From an uncultured Erysipelotrichaceae bacterium (GTDB lineage Bacteria; Bacillota_I; Bacilli_A; Erysipelotrichales; Erysipelotrichaceae), in assembly GCA_964457525.1 (NCBI GenBank), contig CAYWGS010000101.1:1-5671 (forward strand): a DNA stretch of 5,671 nucleotides, written 5' to 3'. The notes below the pieces were generated by a model. The model did no database searches. It saw nothing but the letters and a program-made list of their open reading frames with translations, and was not told the DNA's origin. How positions within the stretch are numbered: the first letter of the stretch is position 1; each line of letters begins with the position of its first letter. Below, piece after piece: positions 1 through 5,670 of this stretch. Made by a program: the position numbers and the translations under genes.

Positions 1-26
1 ATGTTACACTTTAAAGCGTAAAAATT

Positions 27-530
27 ATGAAAAAACTACTTAAAACAATCATTTTACTATTACTATTCATCACATCCATAACAGTCCTTTTATTCTTTTA
101 TTTTATGCCCGAGGAACAAGACCTCGTATTATTCGAAAATTTAAACCCTGTAAAAATCGAGTACAAAGACATTAACAATCACTTGAATGAAACAGTTCAA
201 GCATATTTCTTTTGTACTTACAATGATCAAAACTGCTTATATACACACAATGAGATAATTAAACCTCTACTTCTAAGTGCTAGTGCAGAACGATTTGAAC
301 GAATTACATTTGTTGATGCATCCGATTTAGATGAGAATGTACTTCCTTCCGCAATCAAAGCTCGTCTTGGTTTCTCTCATTACCCTGCTTTTGTAACTCT
401 CTCAAAAGTGAACAATCAAGTCATTGTTCATTCTGTCTTAGAATGGAATGATGACATGAACTTTACAAAAGTTGATCTAAGAGATTGGATGATTCATAAC
501 AATTTATGGCTTGATGAGTATACTGATTAA
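27..530 (+). CDS. Hypothetical membrane-anchored or secreted protein with a thioredoxin-fold-like ectodomain; no canonical CxxC
   Basis: ATG at 27 and TAA at 528-530, 167 aa. The N-terminus MKKLLKTIILLLLFITSITVLLFFYF is a basic-then-hydrophobic signal/anchor with no lipobox Cys. The rest reads like a thioredoxin fold: a beta strand AYFFC where CxxC normally sits, ITFVDASD, a cis-Pro-like HYPAFVTL, VIVHSVLEW and a C-terminal helix. The only cysteines are C-TYNDQN-C. No clear Shine-Dalgarno upstream (aaagcgtaaaaatt). Function is inferred from pattern only. Confidence 0.55.
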   Translation: MKKLLKTIILLLLFITSITVLLFFYFMPEEQDLVLFENLNPVKIEYKDINNHLNETVQAYFFCTYNDQNCLYTHNEIIKPLLLSASAERFERITFVDASDLDENVLPSAIKARLGFSHYPAFVTLSKVNNQVIVHSVLEWNDDMNFTKVDLRDWMIHNNLWLDEYTD

Positions 531-1120
531 TTATGATGAATCTTATTGTATTCACTCTTCTCATTCATATATTTTGATAAAAAATAGATTGCGATTAAGA
601 AGATTGTACTTAAGATAACAAATCCAGGTTGATTTTGGATATTTGCTAGTGAATGACCAAATAAACTTAATGATAAAATCATAAAAAACTTACCGAAGAC
701 AATACTTATAATGAATTGTCCTTTTTTATAATTAGATAATCCAAAACTCATGTTTATAAAAGAACTCGGAGTAAAGGCTAAACACGATAGAATAAATAGA
801 AAAAAAGGATTCTGTTTATCTACCCAGTTGAGAAGTTTATATAAACGTTTACCATGGTAAAAACGTTCAATGAAATAATGTTTAACAATAGATCTAAAGA
901 ATGTAAAAACAAGTAAAGAACCAATGGTATTACCTAAAAATGAGGTAGAAAATCCTATAAGGAATCCATGAGCACTAATATTGATTGTGACAATCGCAAT
1001 GAGTGGTAGAGCTGGAATAAAGGATTCCATCATCGCAAGAAGAAAAGGAATTAATATTCCCAGTTCTTGATATTGATTAAACAGATTAATCCATGTTTCT
1101 ATTTCAAATAGAGTTTCCAT
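527..1120 (-). CDS. DedA / TVP38-TMEM64 (VTT-domain, SNARE-associated) family integral membrane protein
   Basis: ATG at 1120-1118 and TAA at 529-527, 197 aa. It is multi-spanning and hydrophobic. It has the family-typical ESFIPALP motif after the first helix, followed by glycine-rich FLGNTIGSLLVFTFFR and AFTPSSFINMSFG segments. Its start overlaps the mtnN stop (TAATG). No separate SD, so translational coupling is likely. Confidence 0.8.
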   Translation of the reverse strand: METLFEIETWINLFNQYQELGILIPFLLAMMESFIPALPLIAIVTINISAHGFLIGFSTSFLGNTIGSLLVFTFFRSIVKHYFIERFYHGKRLYKLLNWVDKQNPFFLFILSCLAFTPSSFINMSFGLSNYKKGQFIISIVFGKFFMILSLSLFGHSLANIQNQPGFVILSTIFLIAIYFLSKYMNEKSEYNKIHHN

Positions 1121-1803
1121 TAGAGTGTATTAACGAATTCAAAACAGAACTGTGCACTTCTTGCACTCGCTTTTAATAAGTATTCATCAAAAGTCATTTC
1201 ATTTTTTGGATTTAAAACTAAATCAGATATAGAACGAATTACGATAAATGGAACCTTAAACTCACTGCATACATGAGCAATCGATGCCCCTTCCATTTCA
1301 GTCGCAAGTGCTTCAGGATAGAATGATTGAATCGTATGAATTTGATTTTCTGAGTGAATAAATTGGTTACCAGAAACGATAGGACCAATCCAAATACGAT
1401 CTTTGTGTTTGAGTGACTTAAACGCATCAATGAGTTTAGTATCCGATTTAAAAACATAACGATTCTTATCAGAAAAATCACGTGGATTGCCAAATGCAGA
1501 GATATCAAAATCATGATAAGTAATTCGATCTGATACCACGATATCGAGAACATTTTGATTCTCTTTTAAGCCCCCTGCTGTACCGATATTAATAACTGCA
1601 GTGATTGGATAATGGCTTAAACAAATTCCAGTACTCATTGCAGCCATACTTAATCCAACACCACTTTTAAATAAAACAACTTCCTTCTGATTGAGTTGTC
1701 CATGATAGAAACAGACTGTCCCTATATTCTCAGTATGTGTTTCAGTCATTAATTCAAGAAGTGCATTAACTTCTTCATCCATTGCGCCAATAATTGCGAT
1801 CAT
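1120..1803 (-). CDS. mtnN: 5'-methylthioadenosine / S-adenosylhomocysteine nucleosidase
   Basis: 227 aa. The N-terminal MIAIIGAMDEEV matches the Pfs/MtnN start (E. coli MKIGIIGAMEEEV). The catalytic motifs ATEMEGASIAHVC and IRSISDL are present. A strong SD, GAAAGGG (1815-1809), lies 5 nt upstream of the ATG at 1803-1801. Stop is TAA at 1122-1120. Confidence 0.93.
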   Translation of the reverse strand: MIAIIGAMDEEVNALLELMTETHTENIGTVCFYHGQLNQKEVVLFKSGVGLSMAAMSTGICLSHYPITAVINIGTAGGLKENQNVLDIVVSDRITYHDFDISAFGNPRDFSDKNRYVFKSDTKLIDAFKSLKHKDRIWIGPIVSGNQFIHSENQIHTIQSFYPEALATEMEGASIAHVCSEFKVPFIVIRSISDLVLNPKNEMTFDEYLLKASARSAQFCFEFVNTL

Positions 1804-1804
1804 A

Positions 1805-2503
1805 TTAACCCTTTCTAGCTTGATAATAGAGTTTTTCTTCTAATTCAAACTCTAGGTTATCAAAATGTAAAATACGCTCAAACTCAAAAGAAACACGCGA
1901 TAAAAGCGTTTCGATTTCTTCAATTGAAAATACTCTCTGATTTATTTGATGTATAGATGGTTTATCTTCTTCATAAATAGCAACATTGTGGTGAATCATT
2001 TGATCATCAATTGTTTGTATCGACCATTGATAATAATTCTCAAACAACAAACCCTCTTCAATGTATTCATCATTAAACTCATCTAAACGACTTGGATGAT
2101 GCATATCAAATAAAAGTATTCCACCATGATTTAGATGTTTATATGCTTCACTAAAAAACTGATGTAATTCATCCGTATTTACACAATAATTCAAACTATC
2201 TAGAAAAATAATGATTGTATCATAAGTTCCTAAATTCGATAAATCAAACATCGATTGATGATAATAATTAATATTTTTATGTGAATTATTAAGCTTCGCA
2301 AACTCAATCATACTTAAGTCAAGATCTAAAGCATCCACAAGATAACCTTGTTCAGCTAAACGATAACTCAAATGCCCTGGTCCGCACGCACATTCTAAAA
2401 CACATAATCCTTTAGTATTCGATTGAACCCACTTAAGATAACTGTCATAAACAGTTTCATCATAGACTAAAACATGATAATATTCCGCAAAACTATGTTT
2501 CAT
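1805..2503 (-). CDS. yqeM: Class I SAM-dependent methyltransferase, YqeM-like, substrate unknown
   Basis: 232 aa. SAM-binding motif I is VLECACGPGHLSYRLAEQG, followed by the acidic D in ALDLD. The blocks LDSLNYC, GILLFDMHH, YQW and the C-terminal EKLYYQARK parallel B. subtilis YqeM as I recall it (CDSLNYL, GILLFDVH, YIW, ERLFFKAQK). It sits just after rsfS, as in the Bacillus operon. Its ATG at 2503-2501 overlaps the rsfS TGA (ATGA). Confidence 0.85.
   Translation of the reverse strand: MKHSFAEYYHVLVYDETVYDSYLKWVQSNTKGLCVLECACGPGHLSYRLAEQGYLVDALDLDLSMIEFAKLNNSHKNINYYHQSMFDLSNLGTYDTIIIFLDSLNYCVNTDELHQFFSEAYKHLNHGGILLFDMHHPSRLDEFNDEYIEEGLLFENYYQWSIQTIDDQMIHHNVAIYEEDKPSIHQINQRVFSIEEIETLLSRVSFEFERILHFDNLEFELEEKLYYQARKG
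1809..1815 (-). promoter_or_regulatory. Shine-Dalgarno (GAAAGGG) for mtnN, embedded in the methyltransferase 3' end
   Basis: The minus strand reads GAAAGGGTTAATATG, giving a 5-nt spacer to the ATG at 1803. Confidence 0.6.
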
Positions 2504-2826
2504 AATTTAATTAATTTATCTAACCAAAGATCCTCTAATCGATAATAATGACGTGATTCACTTAAGAATAAATGAATACAGATTGAGCCAAAATCGATTA
2601 ATAACCAATCACTATTTGAATTACCTTCGACATGATGTAAGTTTAACCCAATTAACTCAGCGTAATCGACACAATAATCCTTAATCGCATTTAGTAACCG
2701 TGGATTCCCTGCATCCGCAATAATTGCATACGAGTTCATCGAACTGGTTGAGCTTAAATCTAAAACTTTTATGTTTAATGCTTTCTTTTCATCTAAAAAA
2801 TGAACTAATTTTTTAACGTTATCCAA
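2500..2826 (-). CDS. rsfS: Ribosomal silencing factor RsfS (Iojap/YqeL family)
   Basis: 108 aa. Family pattern is present: KKALNIKVLDL, YAIIADAGNPRLLNAI, HHVEGNSNSDWLLIDFGSICIHLF and RHYYRLEDLW. The start codon is TTG (2826-2824), preceded by SD GAAAGGG (2839-2833) with a 6-nt spacer. There is no in-frame ATG until residue 30, so TTG is the only start that gives a full-length protein. Stop is TGA at 2502-2500. Confidence 0.9.
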   Translation of the reverse strand: MDNVKKLVHFLDEKKALNIKVLDLSSTSSMNSYAIIADAGNPRLLNAIKDYCVDYAELIGLNLHHVEGNSNSDWLLIDFGSICIHLFLSESRHYYRLEDLWLDKLIKL

Positions 2827-3847
2827 TCGTTACCCTTTCTTTCTCAAGCCATTTTACTTGAGCTTCTTTAACTCTTAAATATGCGAGATCTAAATCATTC
2901 ATCGCACAATCAATTAATTCGCTACTATCATAATTACGAGTTCTTTCGCATTTATCTGCAATGTAAACCACTTTTGCTACATCATCATTAAATCCTTCTA
3001 TATGATGTGCTATCGCATTTAGAATACGTTTATCTTGAACATGTAATACACGTTTCAAATATGCAGCCCCTAATTTCTGATGCCATAAGGCTTGAGGCAT
3101 ATTAACATATTCAGGATACACAAATGATAACCAAGACTTAGATTGGTTCGTACTCCATTCCTTAGCACAATCATGGAACAAAGCCGCAATATAGACTTGA
3201 TGTAAATCAATATTATGATGACTCGCCAAAGATAAAGCGAGTTCACAAACACTTTGTGTATGCGTAAATCGTTTCTTTGACATCATCGTAGAAGCAATTT
3301 CTTCCACATACAGTTCATTATCCATCATATATTGAACAACCTTTGGATGAGTAAGATTGACTTTACCATTACGAATCTCTTTGCTTGCGTTCATGAATAC
3401 TTCATTTGATTCGATTATTATGAATTTCGAATCAACAATATCTGTTTCAGAACGACGATAAACCGCAAAATCAATCATCTGAAGTAATTCTTCATGCTTA
3501 TACCAATTATGAAAATTATTTGCTTGATCTGAACCCATTAACCAGATAAATTCAGTATTAGGATAGAGTTTCTTTAACATCGTTACTGTATTAATTGTAT
3601 AACTCATCTCACTTAATTGAGACTCTATTCGAGATAATTTCAATTTCGAATACGGCTTAATTAGTATTTCAATCATTGCACATCGATGTTCAAAGGATAC
3701 AAGTTCTACATCTTTCAGTGGACTCTTTAGTGTTGGAATAAACCAAAGTTCGTGTGCATTCAAAAACTTTAAGCTCTTTAAAGCTAATTTTAAATGACCT
3801 AAATGAGGTGGATTAAAACTTCCTCCAAATAAAACAACTTTCTTCAT
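2819..3847 (-). CDS. nadD: Fusion protein: nicotinate-nucleotide adenylyltransferase (NadD, about residues 1-182) joined to a YqeK-type HD-domain hydrolase (about residues 183-342)
   Basis: 342 aa in one uninterrupted frame. The N-terminal part has the nucleotidyltransferase signature LFGGSFNPPHLGH and the C-terminal NadD motif ASKEIR (ISSTxIR-like), then HPKVVQYMMDNELY (about nt 3847-3302). The C-terminal part has the YqeK/COG1713 HD-domain residues: FTHTQSV, ALFHDCAK, ALWH, AIAHHIEG and VVYIADK (about nt 3301-2822). The ATG at 3847-3845 overlaps the yhbY TGA (ATGA). Stop is TAA at 2821-2819. Confidence 0.9.
   Translation of the reverse strand: MKKVVLFGGSFNPPHLGHLKLALKSLKFLNAHELWFIPTLKSPLKDVELVSFEHRCAMIEILIKPYSKLKLSRIESQLSEMSYTINTVTMLKKLYPNTEFIWLMGSDQANNFHNWYKHEELLQMIDFAVYRRSETDIVDSKFIIIESNEVFMNASKEIRNGKVNLTHPKVVQYMMDNELYVEEIASTMMSKKRFTHTQSVCELALSLASHHNIDLHQVYIAALFHDCAKEWSTNQSKSWLSFVYPEYVNMPQALWHQKLGAAYLKRVLHVQDKRILNAIAHHIEGFNDDVAKVVYIADKCERTRNYDSSELIDCAMNDLDLAYLRVKEAQVKWLEKERVTIG
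2833..2839 (-). promoter_or_regulatory. Shine-Dalgarno (GAAAGGG) for the TTG-initiated rsfS, embedded in the nadD-yqeK 3' end
   Basis: The minus strand reads GAAAGGGTAACGATTG, giving a 6-nt spacer to the TTG at 2826. Confidence 0.6.
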
Positions 3848-4131
3848 ACTAATTGAATTTTCTTTTTATCACTTTGTTTATAAATCAAAATCGTACGGCC
3901 AATAACTTGAACTAATTCGCTATGAGTCATAGATACGATATCAAGCGCTATTTCCATTACAGGAGTTGTACATGTTTTTAAAACACTTATTTTGACTAAC
4001 TCATGAGCTCTTAATGAATCTTCTAATGTTTCAATAAGGTTAACACTAATTCCATCTTTACCTACATTGAATAAAGGTCTTAACGTATTCCCTAAACTCT
4101 TTAATTGTCTCTTTTGTTTATTGTTTAACAT
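3844..4131 (-). CDS. yhbY: YhbY/YqeI CRM-domain (CRS1/YhbY) ribosome-assembly RNA-binding protein
   Basis: 95 aa. Family pattern is present: LNNKQKRQLKSLGNTLRPLFNVGKDGIS, HELVKISVL and ELVQVIGRTILIYK. The ATG at 4131-4129 shares one base with the yqeH TAA (TAATG). A GAAAGG lies at 4147-4142, 10 nt upstream. Stop is TGA at 3846-3844. Confidence 0.88.
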   Translation of the reverse strand: MLNNKQKRQLKSLGNTLRPLFNVGKDGISVNLIETLEDSLRAHELVKISVLKTCTTPVMEIALDIVSMTHSELVQVIGRTILIYKQSDKKKIQLV

Positions 4132-5168
4132 TATATTAATGCCTTTCTTGTAATAACTTGATCGATTAAACTGGTTTTAACTTCGACTAATTCAAAGTCT
4201 CCGTGCAAACAGAACCAACCTAACTGTTTGAAGACTAAATCGAATTTCTCATAACGATTATCATTAATCCGTTTTGTTTTAATTACCTTAGGTAAAGTCT
4301 CAGGATGTTTCTCACAATACTGTTCAATATTTGAATACTTTGTACGATGAATTGGACAATTCTGAGAGAAATATAAGGTAATTGAAGCATCACCCTTAGG
4401 AACAATGTTTACAATCCCAACACGATCAATGATAAAGCTTTGTGGACTATCTAATTGATATGTCTTAGGTTTGAATGAAGATTGAATACTATAGGTATCG
4501 TAGTCTTCAAACGTTAATGTATCAAAGAAACTATTCTCAATCTTGATTCCAGGTGTATCATAGATAATTCCATAATTCCATTCAATCTGATTGATCTCAA
4601 GGGTAGTATGAGGATAAGGTGAAATAGTTAGTTGATCTTGTTTACCAATCAGTGCATTTACTAAAGTACTCTTACCCATATTTGCATAACCAACCGCAAT
4701 GAGTTGTTTAATCTTCAAACGTTTTATCTGTTGGATAAGTTGATTAATTCCCTCTTTACCATGCTTACTACTCATCGCTATACCAATTACATTGATTGGC
4801 ATATCTCTTAACTTAGATAATAAGTAAGATTCAACTTTCTGTTTTGAAACAGTCTTAGGTAATAAATCCCATTTTGTTAAGACAATAATAAAATCACGAT
4901 TGGCTAAATGACGTTGAATACCAGTAAAAAGTCCAGAATCAATGTCCGTCACATCGATTACAAGTAGAATCGTTCCTTCTATTTGATTAACTGCTTCAAA
5001 AACTTTATCTGACGATACACTATGTTTCTTTAATGAAGCATGGTCTCCATAATGCTTAATACGATAACATCGTTTACAATACGTTGAATCTAAAGAATTT
5101 GTATAACCTAATTCTTCTGGATGATTAATTTGAAGCTCTACACCACAACCTACACATTTATTTGTCAT
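4131..5168 (-). CDS. yqeH: Circularly permuted ribosome-biogenesis GTPase YqeH (30S assembly) with an N-terminal CxxC...CxxC zinc finger
   Basis: I call the ATG at 5168-5166 (345 aa) rather than the ORF-track TTG at 5195. GGAG at 5179-5176 sits 7 nt upstream of this ATG. The resulting MTNKCVGCGVELQ matches the family N-terminus (B. subtilis MEKVVCIGCG as I recall). The zinc knuckle is CVGC...CKRC. The G motifs are in permuted order: G4 LTKWDL, G5 SSKHGKG, G1 GYANMGKST, G2 PHTT, G3 DTPG. Stop is TAA at 4133-4131. Confidence 0.9.
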   Translation of the reverse strand: MTNKCVGCGVELQINHPEELGYTNSLDSTYCKRCYRIKHYGDHASLKKHSVSSDKVFEAVNQIEGTILLVIDVTDIDSGLFTGIQRHLANRDFIIVLTKWDLLPKTVSKQKVESYLLSKLRDMPINVIGIAMSSKHGKEGINQLIQQIKRLKIKQLIAVGYANMGKSTLVNALIGKQDQLTISPYPHTTLEINQIEWNYGIIYDTPGIKIENSFFDTLTFEDYDTYSIQSSFKPKTYQLDSPQSFIIDRVGIVNIVPKGDASITLYFSQNCPIHRTKYSNIEQYCEKHPETLPKVIKTKRINDNRYEKFDLVFKQLGWFCLHGDFELVEVKTSLIDQVITRKALI

Positions 5169-5655
5169 TTTTCTTCTCCAACAACATTTTTTCAATACCT
5201 CTAAAAAGTTTAGTTAATCCATAATCTTGACGATTTAATCGTTGTACCAGAATGGATTTATACTTGAAACGTTTCGCCAACCATATATCTGTAAACAATT
5301 GATCACCAATTACACAAGCATTAGTATATTCTATATTATTTTTACGAATAAATCGACTTAATCTTAGCTTAAATGGTTTCAAGGCTAAATTAATCCCAAA
5401 ACAGTTATACTTTAGAGATAAATCATGAGCTACATGACTCATATTATTCGAACAAATCAATACCGTTTTACAGTATTGAGCACACTCCTTAAGCCATTTA
5501 TCGGTTGCTTCATCAACGTGATTATCTCCCTTAATGACTAAAGTATTATCGACATCCAAGATTAAAAAATCAATTTTGTTTGATTTTATCCAATCGATTG
5601 AAACATCATTTATTAATTCTTTTATTTCATCTGGTTGAAAATAGTGTTTAATCAT
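5158..5655 (-). CDS. yqeG: YqeG-family HAD superfamily (subfamily IIIA) phosphatase
   Basis: 165 aa. HAD motif I is LILDVDNTL, motif II is LICSNN, and the motif III/IV region is LKP ... VIGDQLFTD. The N-terminal MIKHYFQPDEIKELI parallels B. subtilis YqeG MLKKFFLPDEFVKNI (from memory), so the ATG at 5655-5653 is the true start. Stop is TAA at 5160-5158. It is the first gene of the operon, as in Bacillus. Confidence 0.88.
   Translation of the reverse strand: MIKHYFQPDEIKELINDVSIDWIKSNKIDFLILDVDNTLVIKGDNHVDEATDKWLKECAQYCKTVLICSNNMSHVAHDLSLKYNCFGINLALKPFKLRLSRFIRKNNIEYTNACVIGDQLFTDIWLAKRFKYKSILVQRLNRQDYGLTKLFRGIEKMLLEKKNDK
5176..5179 (-). promoter_or_regulatory. Shine-Dalgarno (GGAG) for yqeH, embedded in the yqeG 3' coding end
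   Basis: The minus strand reads TGGAGAAGAAAAATG. GGAG is followed by a 7-nt spacer and the ATG at 5168. Confidence 0.6.
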
Positions 5656-5661
5656 ATATTT

Positions 5662-5670
5662 ATTATAACA
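5662..5670 (-). promoter_or_regulatory. Candidate extended -10 promoter element TGTTATAAT for the yqeG operon; the geometry predicts a leaderless or near-leaderless transcript
   Basis: The minus strand reads ATG-TGTTATAAT-AAATAT-ATG(yqeG) if the window-edge bases are included. TGnTATAAT is an exact extended -10 consensus. Only 6 nt (AAATAT, no SD) separate it from the yqeG ATG. Any -35 would lie outside the window. Chance TATAAT matches are common in AT-rich DNA. Confidence 0.35.

Noticed and set aside
1-21. The window opens with atg tta cac ttt aaa gcg taa. This could be a 6-codon mini-ORF or the 3' end of an upstream + strand gene co-transcribed with the 27-530 CDS.
   Set aside because: Only 21 nt are visible, so neither reading can be supported. 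The apparent ATG at position 1 may simply be an internal codon.
537-554. A small hairpin, tgaat-N8-attca, just past the + strand gene stop, considered as a possible terminator.
   Set aside because: The stem is only 5 bp and AT-rich, with an 8-nt loop and no following T-tract. It lies inside the dedA coding sequence and is not credible as an intrinsic terminator.
800-806. A7/T7 homopolymer inside dedA, considered as a possible slippage or phase-variation tract.
   Set aside because: It is short, in frame and encodes the ordinary PFFLF segment. Comparable runs are scattered through the window, as expected for AT-rich DNA.
1239-1553. 104-aa minus-strand ORF nested in a different frame inside mtnN.
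   Set aside because: It lies entirely within a confidently identified, motif-rich CDS. Its translation is low-complexity and hydrophobic (ILISLHLAIHVIFLIRIV) with no recognisable motif or SD. This is a typical alternative-frame artefact.
1830-1875. Possible internal promoter for mtnN inside the methyltransferase 3' end. The minus strand reads TTTACA-N17-TTGAAT and TTGAAT-N17-TATCAA.
   Set aside because: Each hexamer matches consensus at only about 4 of 6 positions. Such matches are expected by chance at this AT content.
3070-3252. 60-aa minus-strand ORF nested inside the YqeK half of the nadD-yqeK CDS.
   Set aside because: It is an out-of-frame overlap with a conserved HD domain. It has no SD, and its Ile/Leu-rich sequence is characteristic of AT-rich off-frame translation.
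2500-3847. I considered translation table 4 (TGA = Trp) because the sequence looks Mollicutes-like and AT-rich.
   Set aside because: TGA terminates rsfS (2502-2500) and yhbY (3846-3844) exactly at ATGA junctions, where family-typical protein lengths end. All CDSs are intact under the standard code, with Trp encoded by TGG. Table 11 fits, which is compatible with Acholeplasma-, phytoplasma- or Erysipelotrichia-like lineages, but taxonomy cannot be fixed from this window.
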